From Chthoniobacterales bacterium (lineage in GTDB: Bacteria > Verrucomicrobiota > Verrucomicrobiia > Chthoniobacterales > UBA6821): a stretch of DNA of 64,000 nucleotides. Under the pieces are notes generated by a model that saw only the letters and a program-made list of their open reading frames with translations, ran no database searches and was not told where the DNA came from. The stretch covers positions 29,300-93,299 of the forward strand of contig JAPJNA010000048.1 in assembly GCA_026461395.1 (NCBI GenBank), in the 5' to 3' direction. Numbering within the stretch: the first letter of the stretch is position 1; each line of letters begins with the position of its first letter. This document shows positions 50,464 to 58,718 of the stretch, one piece after another. The translations under genes were made by a program, and so were the position numbers.

Positions 50464-50670
50464 TTAACTCTTTGGCTTCCAGAGTGCGGCGTCGAGGCAA
50501 GCCCAGAGATGGATGATCCAGCCCAGTAGGAACACCCAGAGAATCCCCGTGAAGACAAAGAAGAGGATGGCGGGCAGCAGGCGGCCCTGAAGGAGTTGTC
50601 CCAGTCCGGGGATGAAGAAGCTCGCCAAAGAGGCGATTACGTTGCCCGCGGTTCCTTGTCCATTGCTCAT
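50464..50670 (-). CDS. 68-aa two-TM membrane protein
   Basis: The 189-aa ORF is trimmed to ATG 50670: MSNGQGTAGNVIASLASFFIPGLGQLLQGRLLPAILFFVFTGILWVFLLGWIIHLWACLDAALWKPKS. The upstream part of the ORF is low-complexity. Confidence 0.45.
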   Translation of the reverse strand: MSNGQGTAGNVIASLASFFIPGLGQLLQGRLLPAILFFVFTGILWVFLLGWIIHLWACLDAALWKPKS

Positions 50671-50760
50671 GACTGAATTCTTCAATAACAAGGCCAACGC
50701 TGTCGAGCTTCTCTCTTGCCTGATGCGGTCCCTCCGTGAAGCCTCTCTCAATATCAACTT

Positions 50761-51441
50761 ATGGAGACTCTCTTCACCCCCGCACATATCCATCTGGCCA
50801 TTAACCATGTCCCGATCATCGGCCTGGCTGTCGCCTGCCTGCCTGTCCTGATCGGTATTCTCTTCCATAGTCGTGGAGCCCTTGCTTCCGGCCTGCTCGC
50901 CGTGATTCTGTGTGCCGGAACCATGCCCTTCATCATAGAGACGGGAGAAGAGGCTTATGAATCCTTTGTTGATGGATCGATCAGTCCCGGGATGGATGTT
51001 GCGGGCAAAGCTGCCTTCCGGGAGCACAGCCATCGTGCCAATTTCACCGCCCCTGTGGTCTACGCTGCGGGGATTCTGTCGCTGGTGGCGCTTCTTGCCC
51101 TAATCAAGTTTCCCCGTCAGGCCGCATGGATCGGCTGGGCTGTTCTCGTGGGAAGCGCTCTCTCCATCGCCCTGAGCGTCTGGACGGCAGAGGCCGGAGG
51201 CCGGATCCGACATCCGGAGTTCCGACCCGAACTGAAACCGACTGCTCAACCTCAACAACAAGGACAAGGCGCTCCCTCGGTGCCAGAACTTATGCCCTCA
51301 CCCTCAACTTCGCCCTCACCTTCGCCGTCACCTTCAGCAAGCATGACTCCCCTGCCCCCTCTACCCGCGCCGCCGGCCTATGTAGTGCCAGGCACCTTAC
51401 TTGCGCCAGCAGGATCAGGTGCCGCTCCCACGACGAACTGA
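50761..51441 (+). CDS. four-TM membrane protein with Pro/Ser-rich C-terminal tail
   Basis: 226 aa. The N-terminus HIHLAINHVPIIGLAVA is followed by hydrophobic helices. The tail reads PSPSTSPSPSPSPSASMTPLPPLPAPP. Confidence 0.5.
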   Translation: METLFTPAHIHLAINHVPIIGLAVACLPVLIGILFHSRGALASGLLAVILCAGTMPFIIETGEEAYESFVDGSISPGMDVAGKAAFREHSHRANFTAPVVYAAGILSLVALLALIKFPRQAAWIGWAVLVGSALSIALSVWTAEAGGRIRHPEFRPELKPTAQPQQQGQGAPSVPELMPSPSTSPSPSPSPSASMTPLPPLPAPPAYVVPGTLLAPAGSGAAPTTN

Positions 51442-51646
51442 GTGAGCGCTCAGGATGATCGCATGGATCATCTCGCTGGAGAGATCCATGAGCAGGCTGA
51501 CAAATCCCAAAACCCAAATTCCTCGAGGAATAGCGCTGCGACTCAGAATAGAGCGGACTAGATCCTTTCTCACAACGGCAACATATCTCCAGTGTTGTTC
51601 AAAAACCACGCCTTTGGTTTCTCGAAAACAACTTGGTCAAAAATAG

Positions 51647-51668
51647 TCAGGGGGATTTCTCCGTGTGC
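51647..51668 (+). promoter_or_regulatory. conserved promoter-like motif, copy 1 (candidate ECF-sigma-dependent promoter)
   Basis: TCAGGGGGATTTCTCCGTGTGC lies ~55 nt upstream of the Cys-rich peptide gene. A near-identical element is at 53291-53314. Confidence 0.4.
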
Positions 51669-51723
51669 GGTGAATTACTTCTGGAACGGGAATAGTTCCC
51701 GCTCTCAACAAAACACCACACAC

Positions 51724-51888
51724 ATGAAAACATTGATCAAAGTGGGCGCCATGCTCGCCCTCATCGCTGGACTCGGACTGGCCACCGTCTCCGCTGCGGA
51801 TAGCTGCAAGGCCTGCAAGGGTTGCGCAAAGAGCTGCAGCTCCTGCGCGAAGTGCTCGGATGGCAAGTGTGCTTCTTGCTGTAAGTAA
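51724..51888 (+). CDS. 54-aa secreted Cys/Lys-rich micro-protein (metallothionein-like composition)
   Basis: Internal ATG of ORF 51592..51888: MKTLIKVGAMLALIAGLGLATVSA|ADSCKACKGCAKSCSSCAKCSDGKCASCCK. It has a signal peptide, and the ~30-aa mature part carries 9 Cys and 6 Lys. Confidence 0.6.
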   Translation: MKTLIKVGAMLALIAGLGLATVSAADSCKACKGCAKSCSSCAKCSDGKCASCCK

Positions 51889-51960
51889 CGAGATCATTCA
51901 ACGTGGCGGAGGTGGTGCTGAAAAAGCCTGCCTCCGCCCGCTGAGTTTCTTACCTTCCAA

Positions 51961-52263
51961 ATGATGAATCCTATGAACGAACTGACAGACCTACTGCAGG
52001 AGTGGACTCCGAACGCAGAGCCTGGTTCCGGTTTTAACCGTTCCGTCTGGGCTCGCATCGAAAACGCCGAGAGTAGCGGTGCTATGGGCTTATCCTTCTT
52101 CTCTTGGCTCCAGCGGCTAGCTGTGCCCCGGATTGCAGTGACCTGTGTTGCCGTGGCCCTCTTCGGCGGCATTTTGGTCGGAGGAATGCAGGCCCGTTCT
52201 TCTGAAGAGGAGCGCTATCTTCTCTCGTTGAAACCCTTCGCCTCCGTCACGCACTCGCACTGA
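51961..52263 (+). CDS. small single-pass membrane protein, candidate anti-sigma factor (CnrY-like position)
   Basis: 100 aa. A ~50-aa cytoplasmic N-terminus, one TM helix (IAVTCVAVALFGGILVGG) and a short periplasmic tail. It lies directly upstream of the periplasmic sensor-like gene and the ECF sigma gene. Confidence 0.5.
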   Translation: MMNPMNELTDLLQEWTPNAEPGSGFNRSVWARIENAESSGAMGLSFFSWLQRLAVPRIAVTCVAVALFGGILVGGMQARSSEEERYLLSLKPFASVTHSH

Positions 52264-52273
52264 TTCTCGATCC

Positions 52274-52705
52274 ATGAAACGCGGCTTTCTTATTCTTCTG
52301 GTCGTGATCATCGCAGGAGTCGGAGCGGCCTTGGTGACGAGAAATCTTTTGCGAGGTCCATCCTCGGCATGGCTTTGCCATCAATACGGACTCTCTCCTC
52401 AAAAGGCAGGAACGATCGAGGGGCTACAACAACAATACGGCTCTCGATGCGGCCCCTACTGCAACCAGATGTGCGAGGCCAATGCCCGTCTCGAACAACT
52501 CTCGCTGGAGGCTGGGCTAGGCAAGCAGAGTATCACTCCGGCACTCCGTGAGGCCGTGGCGGAGACCGATCGTATCCGTACCGAGACACGGATCGTGATG
52601 CTCGAGCATTTTTATGCCGTGGCGGGAGAACTCCCTCCCGAGAAACGCAGGGCTTATTTGCTCAAGGTGCTTCCCTTGGTGATCGACTCCTGCGGCTCAC
52701 GATAA
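52274..52705 (+). CDS. membrane-anchored periplasmic heavy-metal-sensor-like protein (Spy/CpxP/CnrX superfamily)
   Basis: 143 aa. N-terminal TM anchor, then a helical pattern with LGLSPQK ... and ... LPPEKRRAYLLKVL, typical of the LTPEQ-repeat Metal_resist family. It carries C35-H36 and C59-x3-C63-x3-C67. Confidence 0.6.
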   Translation: MKRGFLILLVVIIAGVGAALVTRNLLRGPSSAWLCHQYGLSPQKAGTIEGLQQQYGSRCGPYCNQMCEANARLEQLSLEAGLGKQSITPALREAVAETDRIRTETRIVMLEHFYAVAGELPPEKRRAYLLKVLPLVIDSCGSR

Positions 52706-52718
52706 AGGGACCCCTTTC

Positions 52719-53273
52719 ATGTCCGAAACCGAACAGGAGGACCGTGACGCGATGGCTCTTCTGGCTGGCGGAGAGGATCTCGCTCTCAATGCGATCATGG
52801 AGCGCTGGAAGAGTCGCCTCATTGCCTACCTCTACCGCTTCACGGGGAATGAAGCGACGGCCTTAGAACTGGCCGAGGAAACCTTCGTGAGAATCTATCA
52901 AAGCCGGGCAAAATTCCGGGCGGGCGGTCAGTTCTCGACCTGGCTCTTTGGCATTGCCGCCAATCTGGCCAGGAACCATCTTCGCTGGCAAAGACGCCAT
53001 CCGACGGTTGTGATCGAGGAGGCCGACACCGTGGCCTCCGAGGGGGATCCGCTAAAGGCTGTCGAATCACGGGAACGCGAGCAGGCCGTGCGCACGGCCA
53101 TCGCCGCCCTTCCTCCTGACCTCCGTGAGTCCTTAATCTTGAGCGAATACGAGCAACTCTCCCAGTCCGAGATCGCTGTCATCGCAGGATGCTCGGTTAA
53201 GGCAGTCGAGCGCCGACTCAGTCATGCCAGGGAACTTCTAAGAAAAGAACTCTCACGCTATCTGCGTGGTTGA
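52719..53273 (+). CDS. ECF (group IV) RNA polymerase sigma factor
   Basis: 184 aa. Region 2 (LIAYLYRFTGNEATALELAEETFVRIY, FSTWLFGIAANLARNHLR) and region 4 (LILSEYEQLSQSEIAVIAGCSVKAVERRLSHAR). Confidence 0.9.
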   Translation: MSETEQEDRDAMALLAGGEDLALNAIMERWKSRLIAYLYRFTGNEATALELAEETFVRIYQSRAKFRAGGQFSTWLFGIAANLARNHLRWQRRHPTVVIEEADTVASEGDPLKAVESREREQAVRTAIAALPPDLRESLILSEYEQLSQSEIAVIAGCSVKAVERRLSHARELLRKELSRYLRG

Positions 53274-53290
53274 AGAAATTTTGATAAATA

Positions 53291-53314
53291 TCACGGGGGA
53301 TTTCCCCGTTTTCA
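53291..53314 (+). promoter_or_regulatory. conserved promoter-like motif, copy 2
   Basis: TCACGGGGGATTTCCCCGTTTTCA lies ~200 nt upstream of the 99-aa secreted Cys/His protein gene. It shares AAATA..TCA.GGGGGATTTC.CCGT.T.C with copy 1. Confidence 0.4.
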
Positions 53315-53517
53315 CTCGGGATGTTCAAGCTAGCGAAGCAGAGATGCCTCGGAATCTGGGGTAAGTGTTTTTATTAGGGGGAGGTAAGCGCTTCCACTCC
53401 TATCGTGCCTCCCCCTCGTGGTTTAAGTTGCCTCACAGTGGAATCACCCACACCTCCAAAGCCGGTTCAAGGCGGAACGGGTCATGGAGCAACAAATAAA
53501 CCGCCAATCAAAACCCC

Positions 53518-53817
53518 ATGAAAAATAGAGTCCGTTTCCTATCAGCGGTGGGAATGATGAGTCTTCTCACCATCCTGCCCTCCCAATCGTCATTCGCGGC
53601 ACCTCCCAAGGATGGAGCCGTGATGTGCGATAAGTGCAAAATGGTCATAGTGAAAGTCCCGAGCCGCGTCACTGCAAAGAGTCAAACGGTCGTCTACCAT
53701 GATGTGAAGACCATGGAGTGTCCTGACTGCCACTCGGCCATGGAGAACTTCTTCAAGACCGGCAAGCTCAAGCACACCTGCACCCATTGCGGTGGAACAA
53801 TGACTGTCTGCCACTGA
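53518..53817 (+). CDS. 99-aa secreted protein with three CxxC pairs and a terminal C-H
   Basis: Signal peptide MKNRVRFLSAVGMMSLLTILPSQSSFA, then CDKC ... CPDCH ... HTCTHCGG ... VCH. Confidence 0.6.
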   Translation: MKNRVRFLSAVGMMSLLTILPSQSSFAAPPKDGAVMCDKCKMVIVKVPSRVTAKSQTVVYHDVKTMECPDCHSAMENFFKTGKLKHTCTHCGGTMTVCH

Positions 53818-53850
53818 TTGGGATGCTCAATGATTAGAGACGGCATTAGA

Positions 53851-53879
53851 CCTCTCCTCGTAAGAGGAGGGGTTTTTTG
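53851..53879 (+). terminator. intrinsic terminator after the 99-aa gene
   Basis: CCTCTCCTC-GTAA-GAGGAGGGG followed by TTTTTT. Confidence 0.65.
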
Positions 53880-54009
53880 CTTAGAGGAGATTCTACAAGG
53901 GTAAGTGGATTGCTGATGCCTTTGGAGCGTCACATAGAGTGATGCCCTGATCACTTAGCATGCAGCGCCATCAATCTGCCGGCGCGAATTTGAATTTAAT
54001 CTCTTCTAG

Positions 54010-54768
54010 TTAGTGGCTTTTTGTAGCGGCACGTTGAGGGATTGTCACCATGATGACTCCCATGATGGCGAGTAAGACCGCGGATGCGGTGAATCGACTC
54101 AGAGCAAGGCCGCCATGGTCATGCGGCTTGTCTAGGAAATCCCCGACCACTGCTCCTAGGGGACGCGTCAGGATGAAGGCGGCCCAGAAGAGCAGCGTGC
54201 GCGACAGGGATGTCTTCCAGTAAGTAACTGCCACGATTACAAGCAGACCGCCGAAGATCGCCGCGCTACCCAAGTATCCTAGGCCCGCGGAGTCTGAAGT
54301 CCAATCACCCAGAGCCGTTCCCAGAGTCTGGGAGCACATGATCGTGAACCAATAGAAGAGCTCGGCCTTGGGCGTGTTGACAGTCTCTACGGCCACAGTG
54401 CCCAGGGTCTTCTTCCAGGCATAGAGCGATGCCAGCAGAAGGCCGAGAAGCAAGGCCGATCCTCCCGTGTAGCCGATGCCGAGCGATCGGTCGCAGAAAT
54501 CGGCCAGCGTAGTACCGACTGTCGTTGTGGCGATGATGGTCACCCAGTAAATCACCGGATAGAATTTCTTTGCAAAGATCTGAGTCAGGACCGCAATCAC
54601 GAAGATCACCGCAAAGATTCCTGTGCTCAGGAGATAACCCAGATTGAGAGACATCGAGACGGCATCTCCGCCGGTCTCCCCGAGCGTGGTGGATAGAATT
54701 TTTAGCACCCAGAAGCCCATCGTGACTTGGGGAACTTTGCTGAGGGATCCGTTTGTCTGCCTATTCAT
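54010..54768 (-). CDS. eight-TM membrane protein built from four internal repeats (COG4705-like)
   Basis: 252 aa. Four repeats of (F/Y)W-x6-T/S-x-G-x3-(G/A)D ... LG(Y): GFWVLKILSTTLGETGGDAV, IYWVTIIATTTVGTTLADFC, FYWFTIMCSQTLGTALGDWT and LFWAAFILTRPLGAVVGDFL. Confidence 0.6.
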   Translation of the reverse strand: MNRQTNGSLSKVPQVTMGFWVLKILSTTLGETGGDAVSMSLNLGYLLSTGIFAVIFVIAVLTQIFAKKFYPVIYWVTIIATTTVGTTLADFCDRSLGIGYTGGSALLLGLLLASLYAWKKTLGTVAVETVNTPKAELFYWFTIMCSQTLGTALGDWTSDSAGLGYLGSAAIFGGLLVIVAVTYWKTSLSRTLLFWAAFILTRPLGAVVGDFLDKPHDHGGLALSRFTASAVLLAIMGVIMVTIPQRAATKSH

Positions 54769-54795
54769 GTGTTGCCTCCACTGTTACCATTCAAG

Positions 54796-56811
54796 TTACG
54801 TCTCAATATCCTTGGGAAGCTTCAGAGCCAGCAAGCGGAGACTGTTCAGTACCACCAGCAGAGTGCTTCCCTCGTGGGCGGCAACGCCCAAGGTAAGGGG
54901 GACTGGAAAGAAAAAAGCGCTGCAGACCATGACGACCACGGTTCCTAGGGCGACCACGATGTTCTGGTTGATGATCTTCTTGGCTTGAACGCTCAAGAGG
55001 CGGGCCAGCAGGAAATTCTCTATTCGATCGTTCATCAGCACAACCTCCGCCTGTTCGAGGGCGGCGTCGGAGCCTCGGGCCCCCATGGCCACGCCAACAT
55101 CGGCGGCCGCGATACAGGGCGCGTCGTTCACTCCATCCCCGATCATGGCGACGCGGACACTCCCCCCTTCTTTGAGGTTCTCGATAGCCTCGACTTTTCC
55201 ATCGGGTGAGAGTTCGGAGAGAATCTTGCCGATCCCGACTTTCTCACCGATCAGTTGGGCCGCCTCCCTGTGATCGCCGGTGAGCATGACCGTACGAACG
55301 CCCTGCTCATGAAGCCTGCGCAGGGTGGTGATCGATGCAGCGCGGATCTCGTCCGAGAAAATCATCCGGCCGAGGAGTCCCCTCCCCGCTACCCAGACGA
55401 CCGCGCCAGCTGACTTCCCTGCTGGGGGAAGATCGTCTTCGTGGAAGCCGCCCAGCCCGAGGACGAGCTTACGGCTACCCATCACAAAGGTCTCCCCATC
55501 GATATCAGCACGGACTCCCTTGCCTAGGATGGTTTGGAAGTTCGCCACCTCCATGGCGGGGATACCCCATGTCATGGCGATCCGACGGATCGCCCGGGAG
55601 AGCGGGTGCTCGGAGAGGCGGGCCAAGGAATGGGCCACTGAGCGAAAACGGGTTTCATTTCCCTTAAAGATTTCGACTTCCGCGAGGGTCAGGTTTCCCG
55701 AAGTCAGGGTGCCGGTCTTATCGAGGGCCACGACACCGATATCTGCCAGCGTCTCGATGGCCGCACCTCCCCGGTAGAGGATGCCGCGTCGCGCCCCACT
55801 TGCGATCGCCGAGAGGATCGCCGAGGGGACCGAGAGGACCAGGGCGCAGGGAGAGGCCACCACCAGCAAGGTCATCGTGCGATAGAAGGCGCTGGCCGTG
55901 CCGTCACGTTTCTCAAACGGCGCGAGGCCCAGTAGCAGCCACCAGACAAAGAACATGATGGTACAGATTAAGAGGATCGTCCACGTGTAGCCCGTGCCGA
56001 ATCGGTCCGTGAAGCGCTGGGAGGGGGCCTTCAGGTTCTGGGCATTCTGGATGAGGCGGATGATCTTCTGCAGGGAGCTCTCGCTGGCTGCCCTAAGAAC
56101 CCTTCCCTCCATGACTCCCCAGAGATTGATTGTTCCAGAGAGGGCTGTGTCTCCGAGGCGCTTCGATACCGGCATGGCCTCACCGGTCATGTTCGACTCA
56201 TCGCAGGCGCTCTCCCCCTTGATCACCTCCATGTCGGCAGGGATCTGTTCCCCGGTAGTGACGAGAATCACCATGCCGGGTGTCAGCTTCTCCACCGGAA
56301 CGGACTCCTCGACTCCATTGCTGAGGACACGTGCGGTCTTGGGGGCTCCGCGGAAGAGCGCGTCGATGGCCTTCTTGGTACGCCCCATCGCGAAGTGCTC
56401 CATGGCACCCGAGGCAGAAAAGAGAAAGAGAAGCAGGGCCCCCTCACGCCAGGCGCCGATCACTCCCGCTCCGACAGCCACAGCAAGCATCAGAAAATGG
56501 ACGTCGAGTTGTCCTTTGCGAAGGCGTTCCCAGGCATCGCCTGCCGCATCCCATCCCCCGCAGAGGTAGGCCAAGAGATAGAAAACCGTGGCACAAGCTC
56601 GGTTGTGGAAGAGAAGTTCACTGATCAGGCCCAGCCCTCCAAAGACGAAACACCCGGCCGCCAGAATAGCCATCAAACGCCACTCCTCGTGGTCATCTTT
56701 CTCTTCATTTCCTAATGGGGAGCGTCTCCGCGCGACATACTTCACCCAATACTCAGAGCATCCCCCTCTCAGTCGAGAGATCAGGGAGGGAGTTGAATCC
56801 TCGGTTGGCAT
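54796..56811 (-). CDS. heavy-metal P-type ATPase, P1B-4 subtype (Co/Zn/Fe-class exporter)
   Basis: 671 aa. DKTGTLT phosphorylation site, TGD, GDGVNDAP. The TM4 motif is SPC (VVASPCALVLSVP) and the final TM carries HEGSTLLVVLN. There is no N-terminal HMA domain. This combination defines P1B-4 pumps. Confidence 0.9.
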   Translation of the reverse strand: MPTEDSTPSLISRLRGGCSEYWVKYVARRRSPLGNEEKDDHEEWRLMAILAAGCFVFGGLGLISELLFHNRACATVFYLLAYLCGGWDAAGDAWERLRKGQLDVHFLMLAVAVGAGVIGAWREGALLLFLFSASGAMEHFAMGRTKKAIDALFRGAPKTARVLSNGVEESVPVEKLTPGMVILVTTGEQIPADMEVIKGESACDESNMTGEAMPVSKRLGDTALSGTINLWGVMEGRVLRAASESSLQKIIRLIQNAQNLKAPSQRFTDRFGTGYTWTILLICTIMFFVWWLLLGLAPFEKRDGTASAFYRTMTLLVVASPCALVLSVPSAILSAIASGARRGILYRGGAAIETLADIGVVALDKTGTLTSGNLTLAEVEIFKGNETRFRSVAHSLARLSEHPLSRAIRRIAMTWGIPAMEVANFQTILGKGVRADIDGETFVMGSRKLVLGLGGFHEDDLPPAGKSAGAVVWVAGRGLLGRMIFSDEIRAASITTLRRLHEQGVRTVMLTGDHREAAQLIGEKVGIGKILSELSPDGKVEAIENLKEGGSVRVAMIGDGVNDAPCIAAADVGVAMGARGSDAALEQAEVVLMNDRIENFLLARLLSVQAKKIINQNIVVALGTVVVMVCSAFFFPVPLTLGVAAHEGSTLLVVLNSLRLLALKLPKDIET

Positions 56812-56872
56812 TACTGAAACCTAGTGAATAGGCTGGAAATGAAAATAGGAGAATCGGATGACGGTGAAGACG

Positions 56873-56901
56873 CGAAAAACCGGATGGAGAGCCGCTCCAT
56901 C
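56873..56901 (-). terminator. candidate intrinsic terminator between the OM barrel gene and the ATPase gene
   Basis: Minus strand reads GATGGAG-CGGCT-CTCCATC followed by CGGTTTTTCG. Confidence 0.45.
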
Positions 56902-57012
56902 TTGGCAACCGCGCAGAGACGATGGAGGTGTGGCTGTACTTCGTGCTTCTCGGCACTCGGCTTTGAAAGCGAACAGCACCACCCCCCGGCGTCCAAATCA
57001 CAGATCCATTTT

Positions 57013-57987
57013 TTAGAACATTAAGCTAGCAACAACCTTCACAGTGCAGGGGGCGATCAACTGAGCCCCGACAACATTGTTCATCACGGGCAACTCGGCG
57101 TCGGCATAGATTCGGATCTTTTTGAAGTCGAACTCGATGCCGGGTGAGAGCGAGAGCTGCTGATAGCCGGAGTTGCCGGTGTTGGCCGCAGGCCCGTAAT
57201 CGGAGGCTTTGTTGGCAAAGAGGACCTGCCCGATGGGGCGGATCTTCACGCCCCCCAGACCAAGTCCCGTGTTGTAGATGCCCGCTGCTGCATTCACAGC
57301 CAGGCCAGGAATGTATCCGGCTTGGTTGGCAACCGGAGCGTCGAGCTGTGCCTGACTAAACCAGGTCCAGTCGCTGTTTTTCGCAAACTTATGGTAGTGA
57401 AAGTAGCCGAAGAGGATATCCATGCTGCCGGTGCCGATCTGGTTAGCTCGTGAGACATTTTGCTGCTGCCAGTAGCCGGTAGGCAGTTTGAGTCCCAAAT
57501 TGAATCCCGTGTTCATGTTCTCGTTCTTTGAGAATCCGGTGTAGAGGGCATTCACCTGGATGTCTCCCATTCCCCACCATTGGGTGGTGGTTGGGGTGTG
57601 GACATGCACATGCTTTCCATTAACCACCTTATTGGAGGCTGCCTCGTAACGGTAGAAACGCTGTGCATAAGGAACCGTCAGTGATGCGCCCCAATTATTG
57701 TTCCAGTAGTATTGCACGCCCTGGGTGAGCCAGGAGGTCTGCAGAAGTTCGTCGTGGTTCCTTCCCGCCCCCTTGCCTACTTTCTTCAGACCCTGCCAGT
57801 TCTGGCTTTGGGACATGAAGGTGTATTGAGTCCAGGCAATGCCGCCGGGACCGTTTGGGAAGAGGTAGCTGGTACCGACGTCTTGAGAGGTGCCGCATCC
57901 TGCGCTGCAGGCCAGTACAGATGGGGAAAGAAGGTTAAGGGCAAGCAGCAGGACAGCTGCGAGGAATGTAGAGAAAAGAGATTTCAT
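57013..57987 (-). CDS. outer-membrane beta-barrel protein (MetA-pathway/transporter-like family)
   Basis: 324 aa. Signal peptide ending SVLA|CSAGC, Gly/Tyr/Asn-rich strands and a C-terminal aromatic residue (VVASLMF). Confidence 0.65.
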   Translation of the reverse strand: MKSLFSTFLAAVLLLALNLLSPSVLACSAGCGTSQDVGTSYLFPNGPGGIAWTQYTFMSQSQNWQGLKKVGKGAGRNHDELLQTSWLTQGVQYYWNNNWGASLTVPYAQRFYRYEAASNKVVNGKHVHVHTPTTTQWWGMGDIQVNALYTGFSKNENMNTGFNLGLKLPTGYWQQQNVSRANQIGTGSMDILFGYFHYHKFAKNSDWTWFSQAQLDAPVANQAGYIPGLAVNAAAGIYNTGLGLGGVKIRPIGQVLFANKASDYGPAANTGNSGYQQLSLSPGIEFDFKKIRIYADAELPVMNNVVGAQLIAPCTVKVVASLMF

Positions 57988-58163
57988 GGGAAATGGGTGT
58001 TAAATTTTTGTGTTGTGGCGCGCAATGGATGAGCAGGAAGCACGACCTTGAGGGCATCGGTCCTGATCCGGCCTGCACATGACCGGATTTCGATTGGGAA
58101 CACGCCCCTCGAGACACATGGTCGCCCTTGAAGTAAGGGGATCCAGCCGCGATGGGGGAGGCG

Positions 58164-58553
58164 TTAAGCCTGGATGGGCACTGGGACGGGCGGAGCAAAA
58201 CAGAGCTCCGGCATCGAAACAAACGGTGCTGGCCCATATGTGAACGGGCTGGAAAGAGGAGAGGGCAACGCGGATCCCAAGGAGACAACAAAGACCTCTG
58301 CTTTCTTGTCGACCTTGACGGTGACGGGAGCTTTTTCCTCATGCGCTTGGGCTGAGGCAATTTTCTTACACATCGAGCAGGGGTGCTTGCCGTCGAAGGT
58401 CTTTGTGACGGCTTCAGCGATGGATCCTGTGCGGGAGAAGTCCTTCACCATCCCAGCCCACGCCACGCTATGGAGCATGGCCCAGTGACCGCCAGTAATC
58501 ATAAAGAGAGCCAGCGCCATCACCATGGTCATGATAGGGCGACGGACGTTCAT
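58164..58553 (-). CDS. small membrane-anchored protein with HW..LH..AW motif and CxxC
   Basis: 129 aa. N-terminal TM (MTMVMALALFMITGGHWAMLHSVAWAGM), then FDGKHPCSMCKK. First gene of the apparent operon with the OM barrel. Confidence 0.5.
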   Translation of the reverse strand: MNVRRPIMTMVMALALFMITGGHWAMLHSVAWAGMVKDFSRTGSIAEAVTKTFDGKHPCSMCKKIASAQAHEEKAPVTVKVDKKAEVFVVSLGSALPSPLSSPFTYGPAPFVSMPELCFAPPVPVPIQA

Positions 58554-58718
58554 TGGTATGTTTTATGACACTTGCAGAAAGGATCCGCAACAGAAAATCG
58601 ACGAATCGAAAAAAATCGTCGGTGAATCGCGAGGGAGCCCATTTTTATGGTCATGCCCCCTATCTTTTCCGACTTTTCATCACTAGCCACCGCCTGATTC
58701 CATGATAGATTTACACGA

